Below, piece by piece: positions 40,635-61,825 of a DNA stretch of 64,000 bases. Every line of letters begins with the position of its first letter. The stretch's first letter is position 1. The translations under genes and the position numbers were made by a program. The notes below the pieces were generated by a model. That model worked only from the letters and a program-made list of their open reading frames with translations. It had not been told where the DNA came from and ran no database searches. Source of the DNA: the human T2T-CHM13v2.0 reference genome, Homo sapiens; NCBI RefSeq assembly GCF_009914755.1, contig NC_060948.1. The stretch is one strand, 5' to 3'.

Positions 40635-42470
40635 GAGAGGCAGAGTGAGATGGCAAAATAGAAAACTCCAGCAATCCTTACCTTTGCAAAGACACCAATT
40701 TAACCACTATCTACACAGAAAAACAACACCTTCATAAGAACCAAAATATCAGGTGAGCACTCATGGTACCTGCTTTTATGTTTATATCACTGAAAGAAGC
40801 ACAGAAGAGACAGAAAGAAACAGTCCCTAATTACCAGTGTCACCCTTCCAAACCCCTGGCAGGGGCAGTATGGTGTGGAGAGCATCTCTGTGCTGCAGGA
40901 GGGACAACACAGAAATCATGAGACAATGAACTCAGGGCTGTCCTGTTAGGGTAGAAAGAAAAACCGGCCCAACTCAGCTGATGCTTGGTCTTTCAGGGAG
41001 CATTTAAGCCAGAATTGCAGATCCCTCTTGTCCATCCAATCTTGAGTTCCTGCAAATCTTAGGGGAACCCATTGCCATAAAGTTTGATGCCTAGGCCAGG
41101 CAGCATTCACAAGCTGATTTAAGAGTCCTTGGCCAGGCTCAGTGGCTCTCGCTTACAATCCCAGCACTTTGGGATGCTGAGGAAGGTGGATCACGAGGTC
41201 AAGAGTTCAAGATCAGCCTGACCAACACATTGAGACCATATCTCTGTTAAAAATACAAAAATTAGCTGGGTGTGGTGGCAGGAACCTGTAATCCCAGCTA
41301 CTCAAGAGGCTGACGCAGGAGAATCTCTTGAACCCAGGAGGTGGAGGTCGCAGTGAGCCAAGATTGCACGACTTTATTCCAGTCTGGGTGACAGAGCTAG
41401 TCTCCATCTAAACAAACAAACAAACAAACAAACGTCATTGGGCCTTTAGAAAACATTGGTGGTAGTCTGGCAGCACTCTTTATGTCCCAGACTGATGATG
41501 GCTATGTGATGAAACTCCTCTACCATTTGAAGGGTTACAGAAGAAAGGGAAAGTTGCAATGCAATAGCACACTGAGTAGTCTCCCAAGGTTTTGAACCTG
41601 TCTCCCAGATAGCACTTCTGGACCTACCCAGGGCCTAAGGAGCCTCACCACCCTAAAGGAGAGAACACAGACCAGGATGACTTTGCCATCTGCTGACTGT
41701 AGAACTCTAGGGCCTTGAGTGAACATAGGCAGTAGCCAAGGAGTGGCTACAACAGGCCTTTGGTGGGACACAGGCTGGCTTTAGGTCTGATCCAATCCAA
41801 AACAACCATAGTGGTGATGGCAACAGTAATGTTTGTGTCACTCCATCCTCACCTAAGGTGACACAGAAAGGAGGGAGACAGAATCTGTATGTTTAGGATG
41901 AAGTAAGGGAGAACAAGAGTTTCTGCTTGGTAATCCAGAGAATTGTCCCAGATCTTGTCAAGACCATCAAGGCAGTGTCTCTGCAAGTCTTCAAGAACCA
42001 CAGCATTACTGGGCTTAGGTTGCCTTCTAATGCAGATACAGTTTATACATCACATACCTAAGTCCTTTCCAATATCTACAAAGCCTTCCCAAGGAGGATG
42101 ACTACAAATAAGCCTAGACAGTGAAAACTACAACAATGCCTAATTCTTCAATGTCCAGATGACAAAGAACATCTTCTAGCATCAACATAATCCAGGAAAA
42201 CATGGCCTAGGACCAATTCTTGGAGAAACAGAGATAAATGATCTTTTAGAAAATTCAAAATAGGAGCTGTGTTGAGGAAACTCAAAGAAATTCAAGATAA
42301 CCCAGACAAGGAATTCAGAATTCTATTGGATAAGTTTAATAGGGAGATTGAAATAATTAAGAAGAATTAGGCAGAAATTCTGGAAGTGAAAAATGTAACT
42401 GGCATACTGAAAAATGCATCAGAGTCCTTTAATAGCAGAATGAATCAAACAGAAGAAAGAATTAGTTAGT
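40635..42470 (+). mobile_element. Old L1 (L1M/L1PB-type) 5'UTR and ORF1 start
   Basis: L1 5' start gagatggcaaaatagaa...; ORF1 aatagcagaatgaatcaaacagaagaaagaattag. Confidence 0.75.
41131..41432 (+). mobile_element. AluS with (CAAA)n tail
   Basis: Full Alu dimer inserted in the old L1 5'UTR. Confidence 0.9.
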
Positions 42471-43570
42471 TTGGGCCAGTATCTTCAACTGAAATATCCA
42501 GGTTCTCACATTGGGACTGATGGGGCAAACATCTCAACCCATAGAGTATGAAGAAAAGTGGAAAGTAGTGGGTGTCAGCCTGCCTGGGAGCAGCACAGAA
42601 CAAAATGAACCCCACTTCCAGCCAAGCAGGCTAAAGTGGCTGACTTGACTGCTGTGGGCAGAACTTTGATCTCTCCTTAGGATAGAGCTCCTGGGAAAAG
42701 GTGTGGCCACCATCTCTGTGGCTCAGTAAACTTGGCTACTCCAGCCTGCTAGCTTTAAAGAATACAGACAGCCTGGGAAGAGGAAGGGTTCCTCTTCTTT
42801 GCAAAGGGTTCTTCCCATTGCAACACACCTGTGCTACCAAAAAGCAACCGGACAGTTTTGGGTTTCTTTTTGTGGTTGTTGTTGCTGTTGTTGTTTTTTT
42901 GATATGGAGTTTCACTCTTGTTGCCCAGGCTGGAGTACAATGGTGCAATCTCAGCTCACTGCAACCTCCACTTCCTGGGCTTAAGCCTCCCAAGTAGCTG
43001 GTATTAGGCACCTGCAATCACACCCAGCTAATTTTTGTATTTTTAGTAGAGATGGGATTTCACCATGTTGGGCAGGCTGGTGTGCAACTCTTGACACTAG
43101 GAGATCCACCCTCCTTGGCCTCCCAAATTGCTGGGATTACAGTTGTATAGTAACAAACCAGAGTGGACTGTGTGTCCTAGCTCATCAGACTAACAGCAGA
43201 CCTCTCAGCAGAAACCCTACAAGCTAGAAGTGATTAGGGGCCAAAATTCAACATTCTTAAAGGAACGAATTTCCAACCCAGAATTTCACATCTGGCCAAA
43301 CTAAGCTTCATAAATGAAGGAGAAATAAGAATCTTTATAGGCAAGAAAATGCTAAGTGATTTATTGACACCACACTTGCCTTGCAAAAGCTCCTGAATGA
43401 AGCATAAATATGGAAAGGAAAGACAATTATCAGTCACCACAAAAACACACGTAAGTACACAGACCAGTGACACTATGAAGCAACCACATAAACAAGTCTG
43501 CAAAATAAAAAACTAGCATCATAGCGATAGGATCAAATTCACATGAAGCAATGCTAATGTTAAATGTAAA
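42471..43570 (+). mobile_element. L1P 5'UTR fragment and ORF1 C-terminus, split by an Alu
   Basis: atccaggttctcacattgggactga 5'UTR; cagcagacctctcagcagaaaccctacaagc ORF1. Confidence 0.75.
42857..43142 (-). mobile_element. AluS with an internal deletion and missing 5' end
   Basis: gagtttcactcttgttgcccagg (Sq/Sp-like); (GTT)-rich tail. Confidence 0.88.
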
Positions 43571-43599
43571 CTTTACATGTAAAACATCCCTTAAGTCTA

Positions 43600-45100
43600 C
43601 CAATACCATCTTCTGTGACTTCTTTTCATTTTCACTAACATCTATCAGCTCATAAGTGCAAGACCAGGCTAGATGGATAGAACAGCCCTTGGACCTAAAA
43701 TGTGTAGAGTCTGCTAGAGAAAGTAACATGGAGTTACCAAAATAACATATGGGGAACGTAGCAAATGCAACAGAGCTTTCAGTTCAAATCTCAGCTTTGT
43801 TGCTGAATTTGGGTAAATGAGTCTTATGAGCCTATTTCTTCCTCTGAAAGTGGAGAATATGGCAAGAAGCAGAAAGAATGGAAGGAGTGGGTGGGAAGAG
43901 CCTTAGGTGGGTGCCTGGTACAGAGGATTCCACCCCATCTGGGCCACACAACATCAAGAAGCACATAAGGGCCTGGGGACAAAGAACACGCAGAATTCCT
44001 ATCTCCCATGAAGTAGAAAAATCAAACTATCAGGAACTGATTTGCCATTTCCCAGCCTATGCAACAATGTGTTCTCACATGGTTAGGTCCTATGGCAAGG
44101 GACACAGCAGGTTACCCTGAGTCCCATTAGATGAGAGGTATACTGTTCCTTACACTGCCTATCTAGATCCTTATGGTGGTTTCAGGTTTTGCATCAGAAG
44201 AATGTATTCTGTTTAGTAAGGAAAATATGTTCATTTAGGGCATGAATGACTTTTGGTAAGTACTGTGTCCACAGAGGAGGAGGGCATGTCTTCTGGAGTC
44301 GCTGCTTTAGCATTCTATCATCCATTCAATCAGCCCCACTGCTGTAGGGCTGTACAGCATGTGGAAATGCCACTGAATATCCAGAGCTTCCACTCATTCC
44401 TGTACTTCGTTTTCAGAAAAGTAAAAGCCGTGGTCACTATCAATATCAGTGGGGACACCATAGACTGCAGACAGCTGCTGTACTCCTTTTATGGTATTTT
44501 TCTAGGCAGGACCCTGACTGGGACGTGTCTGCAGTAGTACAGTGCAACCATCTGTGCAAGCCAAGGTAAAGTGGCAGACATCAGACATAAGCAAAGGTTC
44601 TATGTAGTTTATCTGCCACTATTGCAGCAAAGGCCTGAGATTTTTCTGTGCAAAACTAGGACATTGTTGACAGTTAAATACTATGTTTTTATACTGTAAT
44701 CATAGGCCACATTTCTTCACTGTGGCCAAAAGTGTACGTTGTCACTAGTGCCTTGCCCTCTTACATAGCCAGTAGACCACATCTTCTCCAAGAACTTCCT
44801 CAAAGAGGGGAATGCAAGCTACCTCAACCCCCTGTTGATTTCCAGGTGGAGTAGTAGCAGTAAGGATAACCACCTCATAGCATTTCATGCATCCCCCAAA
44901 TGTGATGGAAAATGTCCTTCTAAATGTCAGCATGCCAAAGGGGCCTGCCCACTACTGTACCATCCTGTACTTTCCATTGTGGTATCTACATTGTAAGTCT
45001 CTTAAAAATGACCCAGTTATCAGTGCACAGTACTATTGGCTCTGGCTTGTGGAGGAGGACCATCCAGGGAGCTCACGACTCAATTCATTCCCTATTGTGT
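43600..45100 (-). mobile_element. ERVL-class pro/pol remnant, heavily deleted
   Basis: Minus-strand integrase-like LSAVYGVPTDIDSDHG at about 44425-44480; lies downstream of the gag relic at 51280-52950. Confidence 0.6.
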
Positions 45101-45103
45101 CCT

Positions 45104-51052
<5,949 letters not shown>

Positions 51053-51265
51053 CTCCCGGGTTCAAGAAATTCTTCTGCCTTAGCATCCCAAGTAGGTGGG
51101 ATTACAGGAGTCTGCCACTAAACCCAGGTAGTTTTCTTTGTATTTTAAGTAGAGTTGGGTTTTCACCATGTTGGCCAGGCTGGTCCTGAACTGCTGACCT
51201 CGTGATTCACCTGCCTCAGCCTCCCAAAGTCATGGGATTACAGATGGGAGCCAAAGTGCCTGGCC
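51053..51265 (-). mobile_element. Alu lacking its 3' end
   Basis: Starts mid right arm (ctcccgggttcaag), fused to the L1 5'UTR. Confidence 0.88.
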
Positions 51266-51279
51266 CTGTCTGATTTTTT

Positions 51280-53290
51280 TAGCCCATTTTCATAACCCAT
51301 TTCTTCATGCTATATGTCCTTACAACTCATAGAGGTTGCCATATAGGACAGTGCACTCAGCCCCAGTCTCCACCAGAGCATGCATAGTCTGTTTATTCTT
51401 AGGTTACCAGTGTAAAGTAAGTTATACTTGTGGCCTTAGTCACCAGACACTCTGTCCACCATTACACTTATTAGGATTCTGTGGCCATGGCCTTCATTCT
51501 AATCTAAAGTGGTTGGCATGTGCCAGATGTAATAAGTTGAGACTGAGATTACTTGGTGAACCACTGTTCTGGCTTCAGCTTCTGCCACAGGACAGCGTAA
51601 GGGTGTGTATCTATTTTCACTGTAGGTGTTCCTCTTACTACCAACTTGTACCATATTACCTTTATTGGTGCATCAACCTGGCATGCCCGTTGGCTTTCAT
51701 CTCTCTTTTCACTCATTTGTTTTCCATCCCAGCAGGAGACAACCCTTGCTTACACAGTTTCTCCTAAGTGAGTAATCACTTGGACAATACAATACACTGG
51801 CTGTCATATCATAAGGGCTCAGGAGAACACAAGGACACCATAATATTGTTTGGGTGCCAACAGTAGGGTGGCATTTTTCATGTGGGCAGTAAACAACGCA
51901 TGGTTGGGATATGATAATATTTGACATAGATTGCACATTTTATCCCTAATTCCCAGAGTATATTCCTCCATAGTGTTCCATCCATCACAAAGGAGACATG
52001 GGGATGTTTTCTTTATTTGCCTAGGTCCCTTTGCAGCCCACAACCACCCAGCTAAAATAGGAGATGGCTCATTATGGGCACCAAAGAGGTGTGGTCTCAG
52101 GGATAAGTGGTTTGCGATGAAAGCTGTTTTACTCATCTCAAGTCTAGAGAGCATACTATTCTCCACACCTCTGTTCCAGAGACAGAGAAATCTCCCTAGG
52201 CTCAACTCTCTCCACTTTTGTCTCAACCTATTTCCCAGTTCCACCAATTCCACAGTGGCATAATCCCACATAGTGGCGTTTTGCCATCTTTCAGTGGAGG
52301 TGTAGTTGATGGACCTTTATCTTTTTACTGACCGGCAGATGAACACCGACAAAGGGAACCTCTATGGGTTTATTGCATTTCTCAATGTCCTCCCACCTAG
52401 AGCTTTTCATGGGGTCCCAGGACTTAGGGTTTCAGGATGATTTTGTTATGATAGCCCTGATTTGTCGATGTGATGGCTGGCAACTTTTCAGATGGGTTTC
52501 ATGGCAAGCTAGGTTCTCCATTTTGCCATGCTTCTCCCAGAGACAGGACAGTAAGGTCTCCAACATTTCAACCTTAACTAATCTGGCATCTGATTCTAGT
52601 TGCAGCTTGTTTTGTAACTGATAAACCCTCACCTGCACTGCAAACTCAGCCTCAGTCGCTGAGGTCAGCCAGCAGCAGACAGCCAATCACAGCTCAGAAA
52701 CCTGACTTCTGCTTAGAAGCAGGTGCCTGACTTAGAAGCCAGGTGTCTGATTCTGCTGAACCAGACAGTTCAGCATTTTTAGGGTATCCTCATACTCATG
52801 CTGTAAGCTCAATCCATCGATAGTGGCTGTTGAGCCCCACACAGATGTAAATGGCCAGCCTGGGAATTTCCTCATAGATTTCCCCTTCCTTAATCCCACT
52901 ATGTCAGCCCTCATGGAGTTTTCTGTGACCTCCTGAAAGATTTACCAATTGATGTGATGTAACCACTATTGAGTCCAATAGAGATGACAGCAGGTAACTG
53001 AGGCCAAAAGAAAAGACCTGGAGCCATCAAACAAAGACATAGGGTTTACTGTGGGGACATACATAAGGGGTGTCCAGTGGCAGTAGCCTGGACAGGAAGA
53101 TCACTATCATTTGCAAAAAAGCATGCAGTTCCTGTAGGCTTTTCTCTTAGTACCCTCCACTAAGCAACCTCCATTTAACCCCAAACAAATGGGTTTGAAT
53201 GTATAGCTTGCATTTCAAGAGACAGGTCAGAGGTTTTGTTGTCCTTGAGAGATAAGGAGTGAATCTCTAGGTTGGCCACTCCCACATCTC
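51280..53290 (-). mobile_element. ERVL-class gag relic with upstream LTR (about 52958-53290)
   Basis: Peptides such as ATVELVELGNRLRQK..RFLCLWNRG are ERVL Gag-like; LTR-like block starting tgtaacc; family uncertain. Confidence 0.6.
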
Positions 53291-53399
53291 TCTCCTTATA
53301 GGTTCGTGGTGGCAGCATTAATCTGCTCCTGTACTAGATGGAAAACAGGTTCTCATCTTGTTGATGATAGGAAACTCATTGCATAAAAAGCTGTTGGTG

Positions 53400-53612
53400 C
53401 TAAAGGAAAACAGGTGAAAAAAAGAGCATACCAAAACCTGTGGGATACAGCAAAAGAAATGTTAAGAGAAAAGTTCATAGCAATAATTTCCTACATCAAA
53501 ATAGTAGAAGAATTACTCATTAACGATGTAACAATGCACTTCTGTGAACAAGCAAAGTGAAAATAAAAACAAACCGAAAAATAAGAACAACAACAAAAGA
53601 ATAAGGATCAGA
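53400..53612 (+). mobile_element. L1 ORF2 fragment
   Basis: ccaaaacctgtgggatacagcaaaag (QNLWDTAK motif). Confidence 0.75.
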
Positions 53613-53613
53613 G

Positions 53614-54650
53614 TGTAAGAATAGTTTGAACAAGACCAACTCCATCTTGAATAGGGGCTGGCTAAAATGAGGCTGATATGTATGGGGCTGCATTCCCAGA
53701 TGATTAAGGTATTCTAAGTCACAGGATGAGATGAGGCTTGGCATAGGTTACAGGTTACAGGTCACAAAGTCCTTGCTGATATAATACGTTGCAGTAAAGA
53801 AGCCAGCAAAAATATACCAAAACCAAGATGGCAATGAGAACCTGATTGTCCTCACTGCTACACTTCCCACCAGTGCAGGGACAGTTTACAAATATCATGG
53901 CAACATCAAAAAGTTATTCTATATGGTCTGAAAAGTGGAAACATGACTAATCCACCCCTTGTTTAGCATATAATCAAGAAATAACCATAAAAATGGGCAA
54001 CTAGCAATCTTTGGAGCTGCTTTGTCTATGAAGTAGCCATTCTTTTATTCCTTTACATTTCCAATAAACTTGCCTTCACTTTACTCTATGAACTTGCCCT
54101 AAATTCTTTCTTGCACAAGATCCAAGAGCCCTCCCTTGGGTTCTGGTTTGCAACCCCTTTCCATTAGTATCTTTCTGGCAAATGCTGAAAGGACAAACTG
54201 AAGCAACTCCTGACCCAAAGGAAAATTATCTGCATGTGCCCATTATCTGATGTTCAGTAAGTGGGCTGCATTTACCCTGGTAAAGTGATAGGGTTCGATG
54301 CTTAACTTGGGGGAGTTACAGTCTCTCCTAAGACAGAGTGGGTTAAAGGCTCCTTTTAATAAAAGGCAAAGATGCTTACCCCAACTCGAGTTTGAGGCCC
54401 AACTTAAAAGTGTTCAAGTTCTTCCTAAGATTTAGGGGGTTAGATTCTCCTCTCAGTAAACTCCTTCCAGTTAAGAGCAGGTTTGGCACTGTGAGATGTT
54501 AAGTGTTATTCCTTTTTGATTAATCTGCCTTGCAATCTTTGCTAATGGCTGTGGATAACAGGATTAGGGAAGTACAGAATCCTGGAACATGGGAAGCCTT
54601 TTTTTCTCCCCCTAAAGTGGGACACTTGAGAGCTGATGGGACTGCTGACT
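53614..54650 (+). mobile_element. MER41A-like LTR (about 53614-54170) with start of internal region
   Basis: aactccatcttgaataggggctgg...aataaacttgccttcact...ccaagagccctccc; PBS-like tggcaaatgctgaaagga. Confidence 0.8.
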
Positions 54651-55925
54651 ATAATGTCATAAAATAATTAACAGTTTTCAAATTTGGGGAACTCAGAGTG
54701 AAAGCTAAATTTGCTTACAAAATGCTGCATCAAAATGCTCTAAACTGTAAATAACTCAAAGGAAAAATGTTTTCTGACTCTTCTTTAACCAGAGCAGCAG
54801 ATTTTTAAACAACATCTTATTTGTGACACTTGGAACTGCCACTCACATGCTAAGCAGCTCTTGTCATATGATAATTATCAGGCACTGGACAATCTGGCAG
54901 CTCTTCCCATGGTTAGAGTCTGTACTAAGGAAAAAGGAGGCTCTCTGCTCATGAGTGTCTCCTCTTTGTATCTTCTAGGTAGCAAGATTCTATGTAAAGC
55001 ATTATTAATTTTTCAAGAAACTTTTGGGCACCATTATTTCCATTAGCTTCAGTTAACATTCCATAGCAAGGCAGGAAATGCCCCTCAAGTGAAAATGTTC
55101 TAGTTCAGTCATTGACATTGGGAAGTGCTCATAGACCTGTGGTAGAAGCCCCAGTAAATGCTCCACAAAGGCTGTGAAGTGGAAGATTTGTTCTATCACT
55201 CCAGCTTCTACCTTACATTCTGTGGGCTCAGACAGTCTTACTAGTTCCTATTTAGCATGTCCACTTTAATGAACATTTCTCAAAGGGCAGATTTTCATGC
55301 CTTCAGTTATGGTTGTTCTCCCTTTAGCTTCTTCAGGTTGAATACATGCCTCCAGTTTTACAGTACTAGTTAGGGGGAACATCCCTGAGTCAGATACATT
55401 GGTACACATTTTCATAACACATTTAGGTAAAGGAGTCAAAACTACCTTACAGACAGCCTTTATAAACACTCACATTTCATAATCTTACTGTGTCTGGAGT
55501 TGGTTCCTGACGGTAGATTCATGGTCTCGCTGACTTCAAGAATAAAGCTGCAGACCTTGGCAGTTACAGCTCTTGAAGGTGGTGCAGACCCAAAGAGAGA
55601 TCAGCAAGATTTATTGTGAAGAGCAAAAGAACAAAGCTTCCACAGCAAGGAAGGGGACCTGAGCCGGTTGCTGCTGCTGACTGGGGTGGCCACCTTTTAT
55701 TCCCTTATTTGTCCCTGCCCATGTCCTGTTGATTTTAGTGTTGTTTGGTCCATTTTACAGGATGCCGACTGGTCCATTTTACAGAATGCTGATTGGTCCA
55801 TCTTACTAGGGGCTTATTGGTCAATTTTACAAACTTCTAGCTAGCCACAGAGCACTGATTGGTGCATTTTTACAGAGCACTAATTGGTGCATTTTACAAA
55901 GCTCTTGTAAGACAGAAAAGTTCTC

Positions 55926-58118
<2,193 letters not shown>

Positions 58119-58352
58119 ACTTTATCCAGTCTGAGTTAAAGGTAGGAGTAAATTACTGTCAGAAGGAAGGATGATAGGAAGAAGGTTGATGTGATGAGGA
58201 TTTTCATCCCAGCAGGAGCTACAGTATATAGTCCTTTTGCAAAGAGCATGGTTATTATGCTGTTTAATAATGTGATGAAACAGTAAAACGATTTCATTAA
58301 AGGGTCAAGGAGAGGTGGTAAAGATTATGTAGGTTTTCACTTATCTTTTTTT

Positions 58353-61300
58353 TTATGTAGGAAGGGGTTTTTCCTCAGAATAAGCTGTAGGAGTCTTTTT
58401 AGTTTGGAATGTTTCCTTCCAAAAGAGGAGATGCAAGTCCTCCAATGGCTTACAGGTATATTGAGGCTGGTCTGGCAGATCTTGGGACTCCTGAGCTGTC
58501 AGTCTCACAGATTCCTCAGGGGGTGTCAAAAGTTTAACTCGGGTGTGGTGAATCCAAGATTCCAGTCCGGCCACCTTGACTGCAGTGGGGGTAGAGAAGA
58601 TTACCGAGTATTGTCCTTCCCACAAAGAATCCATAGATGGGGAGGTAGAGGGGAGCGATTTGATCAACACTAGATCTCCCTATTGAAACAACTCCATTTC
58701 CTTTTCTCTGTGACATCCTTCAGGTGGATTTCTAAGGTTTTGTTGATATTTTGCCAAATAAGTTATATCTTTGACCAAGTTGGCCATTTCCTGATCAAGT
58801 AGATCATTTGTGAGAAATGGTCCTTAATACAGCATTTTATATAGAATGAGCCCCATTTTGTGAGGAGAATTTCAGATTCTCAAGAAGGCCATGGGCAAGA
58901 GAGTAGGCCATGGGAGATGAGTTTCTTGTGTTAGTTTCCTTAAGTGCTTCTTGAGTGTTTCATTTGCCTTCTCCACCTTCCCTGAGGATTGTGGCCTTCA
59001 GGTGCAGTGAAGGTGATATTGTATCCCTAGTGCCCTGGAAATTCCCTGAGCTATTGTAGCTTTAAAAGCTGGACTGTTGTCACGTTGTAAGCTTTCAGGA
59101 AGCTGAAATCTAGGAATTATAACCACTTCCTGAGACTTCTTTTTCTTGCAGGGGAAGGCTTCTAACCAATTTGTAAAGATATCAACACAGACCAACAAGT
59201 ATTAAAATCCCTTTGACTTAGGCATATGGGTGAAGTCTAACTGCCTATAGGTCACTATCTCCAGATATCCTGGAGAATAGTGACCTATTCTTTGTTCCCC
59301 AAGAGGGCCCTTATGATAGACCAAGGGATTATTCCTTTGGCACACCTCAGAGGCTTTGACTACTTGTTGGATGGTCTGGAGGAAATTTGGCCCTGTAAAT
59401 AGGGATTTGGCCATTGGATGAGTGTTCTCAATACCCATATGAAAAGCTTGTTGGAGGGTTTTAAGTATTTTCCACGAAAGTTTCCATTCTGTTTCAGTCG
59501 GGGAATATTGGGGCTTAATCTCTTTGAGAGGGTTGTTCCATACCAAATGTCTTTCCGTAGGTACTTCTAATGGGAGTTTCCACCTGGCAGAAATTTTAGC
59601 CTCAGCATATGCCCACTGGTTTCCTTCTGCTTTTTCTCCACCTTTTTGATGGCTTTGGCAGTGTCAGACTCCCAACTCCTTGGGTTTTTGCACTGCATAC
59701 CATAACTCCATGATTTCCTTGTCGTATTTAATGGGGTTTCCCATAGAGTTTAGGAACTTCCTTTCTTTCCATATTGCAACATCAGCATGTAGGATTAGAT
59801 AAGCATACTTGCTATCTGTATATATATTTATTCTTTTTCCCTTTCTCAGTTCTAAGGCTCAGGCAATTGCCACTAGTTCTGCTAACTAGGTAGTGGTCCC
59901 TGAGAGAAGAGGCTTATTTTTGAGTATGGTTACATCACTAAGTATGGCATAACCCGCTCTTCATATCCCATTCTCCACAAATGAACTTCCATCATTATAT
60001 AGGTTAAGGTCAGAATTAGCTACTGGGACTTCTAGGAGTTCACCTTGGGTGGTGTAAGTCTGGACTATAATTTGTTGGTAGTCATGCTCAATTGGTTCCC
60101 CATCCTCTGGGAGAAAAGTCACAGGGTTCAGAGCCACACACATATGTATTTGAAGCACTGGTCCCTCAAGGAGTAGCACCTGGTATCTAAGTAGGTGGTT
60201 GTCTGATAGCCATAAACTTCCTTTGGCACCTAGTATGCCATTTACATCTGAGTAGTTCAGTCATGAGATCCTCTCCTTGTGTTATTTTGATAGCCTCTGA
60301 TACTACAACAGCCACTGCCACAACTACCCATAAACAGTGTGGACAGCCTTTTGCTACTGTATCAATTCCCTTAGGTAGGTCACTGGTTGTGGGGTTGTCC
60401 CCTGAGTCTGAGTAAGAACTCCAAGAGCTATTCCTGCTCTCTCTGTGACAAATAAAGAGAAGTTTTGTCCTGTTGGAAGGCTTAAGGCGAATCTTGTACT
60501 AGGGCCTGCTTTAAGGTTTTGAAGACTGTTTCTGCCTCTGGTTCCCATTCTACTAGATGAGTATTTGCCCTCTGGGTCTCATTGGTTAGAGTATAGAGAG
60601 GCCTGTCTATGTTGCTGTATCTGGGGATCCATAGCTGGCAAAAGCCAGTGATCCCAAGGAACCCCCACAACCATTTTAATGTCTTAGAACAAGGATAAGC
60701 CAGTATAGGTCTATTTGTTTCTTGCTGAGGACCCTGGTTCCTCTGGCTAAGATTAGGCAAAAATATTTGACTTGTTGTAGGCAGAGCTGACCCTTCAATT
60801 TAGACACCTTGTACTCTTGGTTAGCTAGAAAGTTCAAAAGATCTAGAGTAGCCTGCTGGCATAAGGCTTCTAAACTGTTAGCTAAAAGTAAATCATCCAC
60901 ACACTGAAGGACCACAGTGCCTGGACTTGAGAAGTGGACTAGATCTGGGGCAGTGCCTGACCAAACAGATGAGGGCTATCTGTAAACCCTTGAGGCAAGA
61001 CTGTTCACTAAGTTGGGAAGTGTGGTTGGTAGGATCCTCAAAAGCAAAGAGAAACTGGGAAACAGAGTGCGGGGAAACACAGAAGGCATTTTTGAGCTCC
61101 AGAACAGTGAACCATTCTGCTTCCTCTGGAATTTGAGAGAGCAGTGTATAGGGGTTGAGTACAACTGCATATAGAGAAATTACTGCCTAATTGATGAGTC
61201 TAAGATCTTGCCTAGTCTACACTGACTGTTCAGTTTTTGTACTCCTAGAATTGGGGTGTTGCTGGGACTGCTGTATTTTGTTACTAAGCCTTGAGCTTTT

Positions 61301-61825
61301 AAATGTCTAACTATATCCTGTAATCCTTTATGGCTTCAGGCCTTAAGGGATATTGCCTTTGATAAGGAAAGTGGTAGAGTCTTATATCGTGATTTGGACT
61401 GGGCAGGCATTTTTTGCCCTTCAAAATTGTCCTGCCCAGAATTCAGGGTTGATTCCCTCCTCAAGTAGGAGACAACAAATGGGTAACTTGTCCCCCATAT
61501 TCATATAGATAACAGCTCCAGCTTTGGCTAATATATCCCTCCCTAATAAGGTTGTGGGACTTTCAGGCATAACAAGAAAGCCATGTGAAAAGAGCAAAGT
61601 CTCTCAATTACAACTGAGGAGGTTGGAGAAATATCTGGTTAGAGGCTCTCCCAGGATTCCTTGGATGGTAATGGGCCTTGAGGACAGCCATCTAGGACAG
61701 GAGATTAACACTGAGAAGGCCATGCTCAAGTGCAAGAGGAAGTCAATTTCCTGGCACTCAATGGTTAAACATACCCAGGGCTCAGTGAGGGTGATAACAT
61801 GAGCTGGCACTTGCCCTAGACACCC
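58353..61825 (-). pseudogene. pol: HERV9 pro-pol, disrupted
   Basis: LQCVDDLLL (YVDD mutated), FLGITGFC, DGSSFVENG and LDFTHMP motifs. Confidence 0.88.

Noticed and set aside
53614-54170. MER41 interferon-inducible (STAT1/GAS) enhancer
   Set aside because: No TTCCGGGAA-type tandem GAS block is visible at about 53930-53945; this is the MER41A-like form lacking it.
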